26,397 bases of DNA from Selaginella moellendorffii (lineage: Eukaryota; Plantae; Lycopodiophyta). Position 1 is the first letter of the stretch, and each line of letters opens with the position of its first letter. Under the pieces are notes generated by a model. It was not told where the DNA came from, did no database searches, and worked only from the letters and a program-made list of their open reading frames with translations. The DNA lies in the NCBI RefSeq assembly GCF_000143415.4, contig NW_003314491.1, forward strand, positions 1 through 26,397. The letters run 5' to 3'. Made by a program: the position numbers and the translations under genes. Of this stretch, positions 11,515-23,752 are shown in pieces.

Positions 11515-13479
11515 GCTTATAATGGCGTGTGCCCTCATGCCATTTACTTGATCACCAAATACCTTTTTCCCTTTACACTAGTATATCTTAATACCGGTCT
11601 GAGAAATAGAATGGCATGTGCCCTCAGGCCTTTTACTAAATCACCTTTGAAAGAAATGCAAGCCTCTATGTTGTAAAAAAAAGGTACTAAAGAAATTCCT
11701 TAATAATATGAATGTTATTTAGTTTCATGAAAATACACTAAGGGTGGTCAAATGAGTTAAATGACTTCTCCAGACTAGCAATGCCTCTTGCTACACCTTC
11801 ACAATTAGATTTGTTAGAAAAAGATAACATTGAATAATATCTAAATGTTCTCACCATTAAGTGATATGTCTGGCTAATAGGAATGACGTTCATCTTGGAA
11901 AGCTCACCACACGCTCAATGAACAAACAAATAGTGTGTGCGCGCATGCCATCGCTCTTCTTTAGCTTCAGATTCGGCTTGTTCACCTTGACAATGAGATT
12001 TATTATACAACCAGATGGACTCAGTCTGGACATAAAGTCACCGCGCTAGTCACCATGCCCCAGATATGTCTAGCCCCTGGACAAAAAACATATAATTTCA
12101 CGTCATTTTCAAATACTTGAAAATTTGTACCTAGTCCCATTTTACTGAATAAATCCCACTTTAATGAAATAGAGCTTGGATAAAGATAATTAAATTGGAT
12201 AGAATTTGGTATTGACATAGAAAAGTGGCTATTGCACTTTTTTAGAAATGTGATTTTGTGCCTTTCTTCTATAATATTATGCTTGGTGGTAAGTAACACT
12301 TTACATTTCATTAAATTTTATGAGAGTAGTGAGTTATCACTAATTGTTATGAATGTGATTATGAGTATCAAAAGTTACCTCTCAATTAGTCTTTTCAAAT
12401 ATTCTTTCCTTACTTTCACAATGGCAGAAGATCAGTATTACTATTTCCTTTTTCAGCCCCTCTTGTTTAAGTGTTAGTAAATTGCACTTAGCATCTAAAC
12501 TTAGTCAAATGAACATAAGGTAGAAACTCCTATGTGTTTCTTGTTGAGCATACTTTGTTTGACTTTTAATTCTCTTTTGCTCAATCTTGCACTAGTTTGA
12601 CAACATTTCATATGTATTAAGACTAATCCCTAAATGATAGTTTATTGTGTCTGCCAAACTCCCTTGTGTTGGTCCTGTCTAGTCCTATTGACTATTTATA
12701 GAAAGTGTCTAGATTTGCTAGTTTGGCATATTTACGGAATATAGAGATTGTTCTAAACATGATGGTGTTATTCTTGGGTCTAAATTTGCAATTTAGAGCC
12801 ATTTTATATTTAGTAAATTTCATGATTATCCTAGAAATTAACTCCTAGTAATAAAGGTGAAAGCTCAAAGTATGCATTCCTCAAGGTTCTATATAAGGCC
12901 ATATAATTATTTGAAAGGAAAAAAAAAAAAACTGTTGACGTAAGCTTGTTGTATATAAAAAAGAGACTTGGTTTTTTTCTAAAATACATTCTTAAGAGGT
13001 TTGTCATAGCATATTGTATAGAATTTATGGATCTTTACTCACACTCTTATTCAAAGAAAGGGAAATATATACAAATGTTTGTGGGTTCTAATGCTAGTAA
13101 TTTTAACTTTTGCAACCTTTCTTTCAGGGTTTAAAAGTTAAAAGATGCAATAATTATCCCATTGCATAGCATAACTAAACCACACAATAGAAAGAAATAA
13201 AAGAGAGTGAAGATAATGACCATGAGTTAGAGATAAATACAATGATAGAGGGTGCAACAAATTGGGTGAAAAAGAATGTTTTCTTTCTTATTTAAAAAAA
13301 TTGCAATTCTGTGACTTTCAAGAAATACCCTATATGTTTTTAGTTTATAACCTATTAGCATCCACCATATAATGGTTCCTTGCCTAACTTATAATTTGGA
13401 TTCTATCCAATATTTCCATAGCTTATTTTTAGCCATTAGTTTTTTGCTTTTATCCTTTGATTGTTGCACTAAGTAACAT

Positions 13480-14793
13480 AGGATCATTACTTTCATCCTT
13501 GAGGTATCTTTTTGGTTCCGTAGCAAAAGCTCTACTTTGCCAAGTCTAAGGGGTGTTCACCCTTAGTAAATCTATTTAGCATTTTTTGTTGTGGGTTTTA
13601 TTTATGCCTTAACCTTGCGACCCTTCCATGGGTCCTTCTTTAGAAATTACTTTTTTGGACTCACAATACCATTGCATTGTTATAGTTTATTATTTTAGGT
13701 GTCTTTCCCTCTTGGTCACTTTGACTAAGTTATACCACACCATTTGTTCAAATCACTACCTTAAACAAAGAATACCATTCCTTAACCCACTAAAGAGTTT
13801 TTCCTTGATTATCAATCATAAAATCATTTAGTGATCCCACATAAACATCTAAATGGGTTTACCAATAGATATTAAGTCTACCAAACTTTTAAATTGTTGA
13901 CCATAACCCCGGGGGCATCCCCCACACTTAGCACAAGCCAAGGGTTGATAACAATTGAGATTTTGTATCCCCATCTCATTCACAAAGTCTTTAATGCCAC
14001 TTACACACCAAGTATTTTAATTGTGCATCATGACTTTGGGGTATCCCCCTGTTTGGCGGTGTACCTAAGCCAGCCTCCTTATTGAGAGTCTATGACCACC
14101 GAAAAATGAGTGTCCTCATATTCTAAACTATCACCAAGCCTTAGTAAGTTAAGACTTAAACCCAAGCATTAGAGGGTTGGGACTCAAACCTAACTTTTGT
14201 ATATACATTTATAGATGGCATCACCCAGAATGCCTAGCATGATTCCCCACGCTAATGCACCAACTTATACCCAAAATGTATTACGGATCATAGTTTAGGA
14301 ATCTAGTTTCTACAAACTTCCAAATCCTTTCACTTGACAAGTTAGTTGATCAGCCTATGATCATGCATGGACTCCTCCATACTTGGCTCTATAGAACACC
14401 CTTTTTTTCAGGTCAATTAGGGTTTTTGTTCTTCTTGCTTCTATTAGTATAACATGGTTTTATACATAAGTGTGAAAGTCTTTAAACATCAATTTTTGTT
14501 CAAAGCCATCTTTTTGACACTTGGGAATTATTTCCCCAACCTTGATAGCCTAAGCTTCAAGGCCATACTTCTGCTATGCCACTTTGATTTCACATATTTT
14601 TATAAATCATTTACACTTGTCTTTCTAGATGCTAACATATCTAGAATTGTTGTTGGGAATATTGAAGGGACTTTATCTAATAGTTTGCTAAAACCTCTCA
14701 TTTCACAAATTTCTTAACTATCATATAGTTTAACATTGACTATTTTATACTTTAAACTCTCTATGGCACCATAGTTAATACTAACAACATTTT
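13480..14793 (-). mobile_element. Decayed inverted copy of the LTR-element internal region (matches about 4270-5660)
   Basis: TTGTTGACCATAACCCCGGGGGCATCCCCCACACTT (about 13894-13929) is the near reverse complement of about 5216-5251, and 13500-13573 matches 5570-5645. Boundaries approximate. Confidence 0.85.
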
Positions 14794-16445
14794 CAATAAA
14801 TATGTATATACATTCCTCATGTCCCAATGGGATTAATACAAAAATTGGGCATATCGCCCTCTCAATGGGTTAGTCTACATGAACCTCTTATGTTGCAACT
14901 AAATCTAGTTTTGGATTAGAAGTAGATGTGGTCGTCTCCTTTAGATCATGTCGATGCCTAAGTCTTCCCCTCAAGCCAAACATAGAACAAAGTCTAGGGG
15001 GTGGCACTGCCAGCAGATCTTGCCACTTACCATTTTGCCTAAACACAGGAGCCACATGATTCTCCAGTCCTTTAATTGTCTCAGTTTTGCCCACTCTTTC
15101 AGGATGGCATAATGAAGATGCACTGTTGCAAGAGTGAGTCTTCACCATAATGCAATTGTCAAGGATATCTTCACTTATTGCCTGTTGAAGTGACAATGAT
15201 TATGTGCCTCCCAAAGTGCTTACACTCTTGTCGCTCTCCAAATAGACCAGCACTCATGGTCAATTGCCTCCTAGACTGACATCCTGACTTCAACCTCTAT
15301 TATCCCACTTGACTCACATACTCTATCCATGTCATCCTCAACACCAAATACATTTCCAAGTTAGACTAGTGGTTAGACCTCTAACTCCCTCAAACCAATG
15401 GAGAATATCTCTACTCTGAACTTTTAACTCTGGAATATCTCCTAATTCCTGTGTCACTTTGAGAATCTGTCACCATACCTCTCTTGCCATATCACATTCC
15501 CATAGAGCATATCGCATTGTCTCTAGTTCACCACACTCCTTGCATCTTTGGCATGCTTCCTTTTAAAACTGCTATCCCCTTGTTTGCCATTAACCAAGAG
15601 GTGGCCTTGACTTTCTCTTGTACCAATGCAAATGTGTTGTCCACCACCTGGTTTGCTTTGACTCCTTGCTTGATCCATTTTTTCCAAAGCTTGGCGATCT
15701 CCCCTTGAGCCTCCTCCTTGCTAGTTAAGAGACCATCCCACACTTCCTTGACTTCAAACGAGAAGAAGCTCCTCACTCCCCATTTCCATGTTGTTAGGTC
15801 TCAATCCAGATCTTCAATGAACTACTATCGCCACAACCTAAAAATGTCATCCCCCTTTAGAGAGGCCTTCGATTGAACCACCACCAAATGCTTTGAAGCT
15901 TGTTGTACTACTTGAATCTGGCCCTTAACTTCGCCATCTGTCACCATCAGCATGGTCTGTTCATCTTCTGCTAGCAATAGTATATTGCCTCTTGTGACCC
16001 TAAAAGGACAACCGACATTCTATTCAGGAGACACAACAAACCATACCTCTATATTGCCATCCTCTAAAGCTGGTGTTGGGGCTATAAACACCTGTGTCCA
16101 AGCTCCTAGACTAACTTGTTCCCTATCTAGCTCCACGTCCTATTGCACAGCCACAAAGTCTCTAGGTTTGAGACATCACCTAGGCTAGAGTTGCCCCTTC
16201 TTCGCCTCACTCACTACTTTGATGATGCGAAGAAGGTCGAGGTGAACCTTCCTCTACCATCTTGGGTTGAAGACTTGCATATGCCGTGTAATCTTCCTCA
16301 CATCCTTGTCTAGCACTCCCACTAGTTGCTTGAGGGTTTGGAAGCTTCCTCCATGCAGCTTTCTCCAAATGGTGTAATGATCTTCTCTACTCAATGTCTT
16401 GTCATCCACTTTGAAGAGATTGTTGAAGAATAAGGGCTGGGGTAG
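14794..16445 (-). mobile_element. Unclassified degenerate insertion (about 1.65 kb) splitting the old LTR copy
   Basis: Homology to the young element stops at 14793 and resumes at about 16455 at the adjacent position. Flanked by CAACATTTT at 14785-14793 and 16446-16454. Only broken minus-strand ORF fragments. Confidence 0.55.
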
Positions 16446-17460
16446 CAACATTTTTTAGCACCACTTGATTCTCTACTCTCAACTTCCATAATTACCTTTA
16501 GTTACACCTTTCGATTCTTATAGTTTGGTTCTATTCCTTTATTATTTGCTTTGGGCATTATACATTCCTTTCCATTATTCTCTTCTAGGTTATGAGGGTA
16601 GCTTTGCACTTTTCACCATGCCCTAATAAGTATTTTTAGAGATGAATTTACTCATTATTCTTTAGAAATTTAGTCCTTTAGGCTTTATCTAGTGCCTTTA
16701 TAATACTTTATCACTACCTCCTTAGTATTTTAAAGTGCTTATATGTTGCAATGATGGATTTCCCAGGTAATGAATATTTTCTATTATGACACTGACCCAT
16801 TATATTGCAACATAAGCACATTATCCCTTATGGGACATGACTAACTTTCTTTTTATCCTATTAAGAAGTATCAGAAAGTTAGCTCTCTATTTCAATCATT
16901 TACTCAAACTTTTATTCTAGTTGCCTTATAATTATCATATTCTACAATTCATTATCAATGTTTCCACACCTCATCTATATTTGGTATACACATTTGAATC
17001 CCATGCTTACCAGCTTAGGATATACCAATCCCATTTTTATTAGGGTTTCTTTGGAAAGGGGTTCTTATGAACCAACCAACTTGACCTCAAAGCATTATCC
17101 TTTGAGACATTTTGTGTCTTCACACCATTGGCTCTATAAACCTATCCTCACCACACATCCCACTTGTGTCTAGATATTTGCCCAGACCAAAGCAATCACT
17201 TCTTATGCCAATTATCAATTAACACTGCTTCATAGTATTTATACACAACTCTTTGCTGAAGTTACTTTTTTCCACAAACACTTTTTCACAACTTTAGTAT
17301 GGTGTTTTTCACCATCAATAAGATACCCACTATTCTTATACTTGGAACTCATGATCCTCCCAATCTTTCACTAGATATAACACATCTCCATCTAAATGGG
17401 ATGCCTCCAAGCTTTTGTGACCATCCCTTGATTCTAAAAAGACATCTAAAGTTTGGATTT
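16446..17460 (-). mobile_element. Continuation of the decayed inverted LTR-element internal region (matches about 3050-4265)
   Basis: CCACTTGATTCTCTACTC at 16461 matches the reverse complement of about 4244-4261. GGGTTCTTATGAACCAACCAAC near 17060 matches the reverse complement of GTTGGTGGGTTCATGAGAACCC near 3445. Confidence 0.85.
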
Positions 17461-17928
17461 TGTGTAAGTAACTAAATTTTCCATTCAAGCTCTATTTCGT
17501 TAAAGTGGGAATTGTCATTATCCCACTTGTAAAATAAGGTTTCCAAACCTTTATATAATATATAAATATAACAAAATTCAACTGCATTGAGGCACATGCC
17601 ATTTTATTTTAAACAAGGAAATGTCTACTCAATCACTTCTCCTCCCCCTGCCACTGCTTCACCTCTCTCTTCTCCTTGTCATCGTCGTCCAATTTCTTTC
17701 CATCCTTTTAATATTGGCTTAGTTGCTCCGAGTCTAGGTGGAGCCCAAGTCCCCATTCAATCTTTACTTTCCCCTTATTAATAAAACAACTTCGTAGACT
17801 TCCAATAACATGCTGTAACACTTCTAGTATAATGCAAATCCTCTCAAAGAATTGTCTTTTAATATTAATACAATGGCATGGAACCCCATGCCATAATAAG
17901 TTACATTTTTAAATAAATACATGCCATC

Positions 17929-20900
17929 TCAGACTGTTATTTTTTGCCTCCAACGCCTATACAATAATCTTGGAATTTCATCACTCTCCACACTATCAGG
18001 ATTTAAACCCAATAGTAATGCCATCTCTTCTCTAATACGTCCACGCTCATGTTCAGTGGTCGAAGAACCCATCCGGTTGAGCAGATTATGGAGATGCGGA
18101 TAGTGCTTGGCTAGACAATATACATGCCATAAATGATGACTGGTGTCTGTCCGATCAAATGGCTTCTGATATACCGTTCCATCTGCCATTTGGTTGATTT
18201 CTGCAGCCACCTCCTGGACTGGCCGGTTCTCTATCACCATCGCTTCAAGCCGTTTTGCAAGGTCCCCCAGAATATACGGTTTCTTCTCCCTAGTTTCCAT
18301 ACTGCAAGAGATGGGATGCACTGCATATGTGTGCGTGTTCGTTGCAGTTTTAATCGGCGAGTCATCGATGATGAAGATTTCACTTGACCTAGCAGTCCAA
18401 TTCATCACTATAGCCTCTGGCTTGACGAAGATGGGCTTGCTACCCCTCACATGGACCATAGTCAAGCAATCTTCCTGCGTTAGGAGAAAGTCAAATGGTA
18501 ATATTACTCGCGTTTGATCGTGCATCATCTGTACCAACGTTAATGCATTGTGGCGCATCATGGATGTCCAAACTCCTAATTGCAAATTGAACCCGGCCCT
18601 CTGTTTTAAGTGTCGCATAGTCATTATTAGATCCCGCAGTTTCTCCCGTGTGATTAATGTGAATCTGTCTCTTTTGACCAACTTGCGACCGCAGGCTTTG
18701 GAGGGTGTAGTGACATTCGAGGACGAGCCACGCTCATGGGAGAAAAGGACACCGTTCAGATCAAAAACGATACAGTACTTTCGCCGTGACTCTGAAATGA
18801 AATGCGTCAGCATAAAAAATGGTACAAGTCAATTTTACCATCTACAATATTAGCGAATGGTGCTCCCGATGGTCGTTTAGAGGGTTTTGGTCGAGGGAAC
18901 GTGAAGGGCGGAAATACTCTCCTCTGCAATGTGGGGTCAATCGCATCTGATGGCGTGTGGGCACATGCCATTTCAGCTGTAGACTCTGGTACAACTGGCT
19001 CAACAGTGGCATGGGGTGGTTCCGATGGCGTGTGATCACACGCCATTTCAGCTGGTGGCTCCGTTGGCAAAGTGGACATGACCGAACAGGCAGCAGGGGT
19101 GGTGTAGGGAGGTTCCAACGGCGCGTAGTCAGACGATTGGGCACACGTTGAGTCCGTTGGAAATGAGGATACGACCGGCTCGGCGGCTGGGGCGGCCTCA
19201 TGCGGGTCCAATGGCGCCTGGTCACCGTCAGTTGGATACGTGGACAAGATTGACTCAGTGGTATGGGCAGCATCAAGTGGAGCGTGGTCAGCTTGCTTGG
19301 CATTGATATGGATAGTAGCCTCCACCAGCTCTGATAACTCTTGCAGGCAAGTAGAGTCCACTGGCGGATCCATATGCATGTCCAAATATCTCCCTTCGAT
19401 TGAGATGGTATCCTCCCTACTGGCTACTAAAAACAAACTCATTAGCACATTGAATCGACTATACTGTATTTACCATCAACTGCTATTGGGCGCACTGCTG
19501 ATTCTGAAGGATTGGACATACGTTTCGACCCTTGCTTGGCACTATCCTTCCTCGACACTAAAGGCTAGAGTTTGTATCTTAATTCAACTGAATAATCTCT
19601 ACTTACCATTTCTTCTGCGACCTACATGGACAATATTAGAAATGGTAAAAGGTTAGGAATGGATGTACTATTATTTACCTGATGGTTTGTCTTGTATGAC
19701 CTTCCTCCGCTGCTCTTTGGCCACCTCAGGCTGGCCATCGTCGTCATCATCGTCATCGTCGTTATTGTGATCGTCACCATTGTGAGGACCATCCAAGTCC
19801 TCTTCGTCCTCCTCTTCTTCGTCCTCCTCTTCTTTGTCCTCCTCTTCGTCCTTCTGCTCTTCCTGCTCATTATCTTTCTCTGGCTCCTCATCCCCCTCCT
19901 GCATTTCTTCCATAGGCTGCTCAGGCTGGATGGCTTGTTTTTCCAGGACCATCTTGGGAAAATCATCTGGCCGAGTCTCTATCTCAAAATACAAGACATC
20001 CATAGCCTGTTTCAGTGCTTGACCTAGGACCGTATCCTCACCCGACTGTCTTAACATGGTTTCTGCACGTTCTTGCACCCTTCGAAAACGACGAGATGAG
20101 AAAAACGTGGCCCTGACTTGAAAAGCATCCCTCATCCATTGTACCTCTCCATTGAGATTGGGGAAGGGGAGTCCGCCATAGGAATCTGAGTCAGGAGGTG
20201 GTGACTGGCTCCTTTCACTCAGCCCTTGATCTGCAATGAATGGCATGAGCACACACGCCATAACCACGAGGCATTACCTATCATCTTTTCGTTGCCCTTC
20301 TTCCTTTTCGAATCAAACGCCTCTGATCTCGACGACTGTCCAACGTGCTTTCGCTTTTTATGACCACTGTCAGTTTGAGCTTGGCTGGTGCTTGCCTGTT
20401 TTGCCTTTGAAGAAGTGTCTCCTGCAAGGAATGGCATGAGACCACACGCCATTGCAAATATAATTTGTACCTCCTTTTTTCCTATTGTTGTCTGTTTGTC
20501 CTTCTTCGACGCGCCACTAGTGCGCTTTTCAGTCCTCGTGTCTGAATATTCACAACGATCTATAATCAAAATGGCGTGAGGCCTCACGTGACCTTACCTT
20601 GTGCAGGTTGTGAGCTCGGCCTAACATCAGTAGCTGTTAACGCCGTTTCAGCATCTGGGGGTGGCCACGCTCCTGCATACAGAGCTTGTGAGATAACATT
20701 TAAACTTAAAGTGCGTACTCACCAGGTTCGCAGAGAAGATACTGTTTTTCTTTGGCAACTGTAATTATATGCTCCATTGAAGTCACCTCTTCAATAGAGT
20801 TTGTCATCGCAACACACGGAACACCCTTGAGTAGTGCGGCTCGAAAGAATAGTCTGCCGCAGTTGTACTCGACAACGCATTTGCCCTTGGAGTCACCCGC

Positions 20901-23506
20901 TATTGCGTTGAAGACCCAGCTGAGCATTTCCCATGCTGCACCTGGAGCTTTCATTGGATTCGAAAGCTCCATAGCCGTCTTCAGTTCCTCAGGCACGGGT
21001 AAATTGACCTCCCTCAGATCAATTCGATCGGCCTTGTTGAACGAAGTTGGGAAGTCACTCCAGTCCCACTTTGCTGCAGGACCAATAACAAGGGCGAGTG
21101 TGAAGATGCGGACATTCGTCGGTATCTTCTTCTTAGCCATTATCCCATGGATCTCCCGCATGTCCTTGCCTTTCAACCGAGCCTTCACCTTGTTCAAGGC
21201 CTTCCAGAACTTGTGATAGGATTCGGAGTCGTAGATCATATAGTGGACTGAAGATTCCACCTTCGCAAGTCCCACCATTAAGTCAATGATGGAGCTGACT
21301 TCGTCTGCATGAGTGATCTCTTCGTTTGTGAAGTCCATCACACAAAAGATGCTCTTGACCTGCTCATCTCCGCGGGAAACGATGCTCCTCCACCTTTGAT
21401 CCTCATCCGAATTCACGTATACCCGGTAAGGTTCTCGATAGGCCTCTGCTGCGGGGTCGAGCTGTTTCTGAAGCCGGCGGTCGACATCCCTCTTAATGAA
21501 ATTTGGATATTGATCCAACTTCTCAGCTTTACTTTTCGTGGCATCCCGCAGCAGATCGATGAACTTGGGGGCCCCCTTCACGTACTCGTCGATGTCTTCA
21601 TTTGACAAGTCCAGCTCTTCCATCATCTCTTGCGTGGTGTCGATGCTCACCCTCTCCACGGCCACTTGCTCGAAGATCCAATCCTTCAATAGCGCACGAG
21701 CTCTCAGAGTCGTGCACAAGTCCTCGTATGTCACAATATGGCCGGGAGTCATTTTGGTCTTGTTGAAGACTACCTCACCACGTAGAAGAGCATTAGCCAC
21801 TGTCAGAAGGTCGTCGTCGTTTAGAGACCGCGAGAAACGCAAGGCGTTGAGCTTCAAATCATTGGGCTTCCGGCCGTCCTCCACACCTATTGAGTTTAGC
21901 AACTCCCCATCATGGTACCTCCTCAGCACATCTACCCATTTGTCAAAAACAACTTTTGTCGCGAGTAGAATGTTATGGATGCTGAGTGTGTCATTGACCC
22001 CCAGTGTTTTCGAGAGAAGACTCGAGAATTCCTGCAATGGAAATGGCGTGAGGCCACATGCTATGCCACATGCAACGAGGCTTACCTGCCAGGCGCTAGT
22101 TGCTAGTGCACGTCCTTGTCCTGGTTTTTGTGGCTTCTTCAGTTGAACCCAGAGCTTCCGTGTTCGTGCCAATGTCTCGTGCAGACCCGATTTGTAGCAC
22201 GTTTCTTGCTTGACATTCTGCGTGTGGGAGATGGATATGATAGATCGGAGGGGCGAGTTGCCTTTTATCAGGCGGACAACTCTTGTCTTGAAGACTTTCT
22301 TCACCTCCTCGCCCACCATAATATCCAGAACTATCTCTTGCATCGCCAAGCTAGAATGCTGCCCGGAGACGGCATAGAACCGGATGTTCTGATCGTCTAA
22401 CACCTTCCTATTGATCAAGTTTGGAAACCTCGTCTCGCCCTTCATTGTTTGGTAGTAGGGGATCACGTCTGCGATGTCGGGTGTTACTGAACTTGCCAGC
22501 ATCTTCTGCTTCAGTTTCTCCACCCACTCATCAGATACTAGCCTGTGGTTGTATTTGCTTTGGATGTCGATACGGCTCACGTCGATTGTATATACTTTGT
22601 TGGAATAGTAACAAGTACTATTATCTGCGACGATTTTTGTTGCCTCTTCTTGCTCTTTCTGCTCTTTGCGGCTCTTCTTTTTGGTGGGTGTAGTGTTCGA
22701 ACCCGAGGCAATGGCATCACCGAGTAGCTTCTTTTTTGGAGCAGCAGAGTCGGACGTCGGCTTGAGCTTGACCACCCTTTTCAGCTTCGGGGTAGTTTCC
22801 AGATCGACCCCCTTCCCCTTCGCTTCGCGAACTGGAGGCACTCTCAACGGCTCAATGTTGGAATATAGTTTTTGAACATCGCCGTAGGTGAGGTCCGTGG
22901 ATTCCATGTGATCTTCATAGACCCGCAGCGTCTTTGAAATTGTGGGCCTCCTGGACAACCTCTCCCTAGCTCCCTCTAGGAATTCCTCATAGCCGCTGCC
23001 CCCCTCCGGGAAGCCGCTAGGATGTGCAAGGTGGATCTTGAAGGCGGATGCTGTCTCTACCACAAGTGCCAGTCCATATTCTTGCATGGAACTGCATGGA
23101 GTGTCTGTCACTTGGATGAGGATCCCCATGCATTCTTTTCTCCCACCATCTGTGTTGTACAGCATCAGATCCTCGCCTTCCATCCCGAAAGTCCAACTGG
23201 TGAGCTCCTCCCCCTTCTCTGCATCGACATTGACAGTGGCTGGAAGAAGAACGCAATTCCTCACCTGTTCAGAAATGCACAACAATTAGAGCTGACAGAT
23301 GAAAAGCTAGCAGCTGGAAATAACGTGAGGCCACACGCCATTCACCACTGCATCAGATGTCTTGAGGCTGCATCCTAAGATGGCGTGAGGCTACACGCCA
23401 TCTGTAACCGGACTGCACTCGAGAGCCCAATCGGTGCATGCCAATGTTGCTACTGAATGGCATGTGGCCTCATGCCATTTTCTACTTGGCCTAAAAGACT
23501 TACCAT
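17929..23506 (-). CDS. Spliced multidomain protein, about 1640 aa: ParB/Srx-like, degenerate DNA-MTase-like, acidic/repeat linker, FCP1/NIF-like HAD phosphatase
   Basis: GT-AG introns join the listed ORFs in frame: 23265-23503, 22032-22085, 20673-20722, 20542-20597, 20231-20277, 19622-19678, 19558-19606, 19427-19473 and 18792-18838. Exons sum to 4932 nt (1643 aa plus stop) if the intron-like 20422-20470 is retained. The ATG at 23506-23504 directly before the first donor is tentative. Confidence 0.75.
18270..18791 (-). other. FCP1/NIF-family HAD phosphatase-like domain
   Basis: KYCIVFDLNGVL (motif I, DLNG variant), LGVWTSM, FLLTQEDC, KPIFVK, IFIIDDSPIKT. Confidence 0.85.
20770..21420 (-). other. 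Degenerate beta-class N6A/N4C DNA methyltransferase-like domain
   Basis: SIFCVMDFT sits at the LIITDPPY position. NPMKAPGAAWEMLSWVF...SKGKCVVEYNCGRLFFRAALLKGVPCVAM parallels HPTQKP..L...LI...S..GD.VLDPF.GSG....AA...GR..IG. Catalytic and SAM motifs are altered. Confidence 0.45.
22200..22600 (-). other. ParB/Sulfiredoxin-like N-terminal domain
   Basis: TIDVSRIDIQSKYNHRLVSDEWVEKLKQKM...FYAVSGQHSSLAMQEI...VVRLI...ISISHTQNVKQE parallels the ParB pattern (I.I..I...PR...DE..LEELA.SI / YEIIAGERR..A / ..ENLQRE); GQH also occurs in DGQHR-family members. Confidence 0.6.
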
Positions 23507-23752
23507 TTGAAGCCGAATGGAGGCCGTGACAATCGAGGCCGGACTCGCTGGCGAATGTGCACTGTGTGTGCAGCGGATCGTAGCAGCAAGGCTACTCTGC
23601 CACTTACAGTTGGAGAGTGGCGCTGAAATCTCCCGGGACGCCAAGTGGGCTGCGTGTGGGTGGCGGAGTGGGCAGCGGAGTTGGCGACGAAGTTACAAAC
23701 TGGGTGTGTCTTGAAGTGGACGCCGATGCACACGAGCGCGATGCGAGCGTGA

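Noticed and set aside
12100-13400. Short hydrophobic ORFs in AT-rich DNA
   Set aside because: Composition-driven; no motif or splice support.
23320-23478. Closely spaced palindromes resembling a CRISPR array
   Set aside because: Spacing is irregular, repeat cores vary, copies are dispersed over 26 kb, the context is eukaryotic intronic DNA and there are no cas genes.
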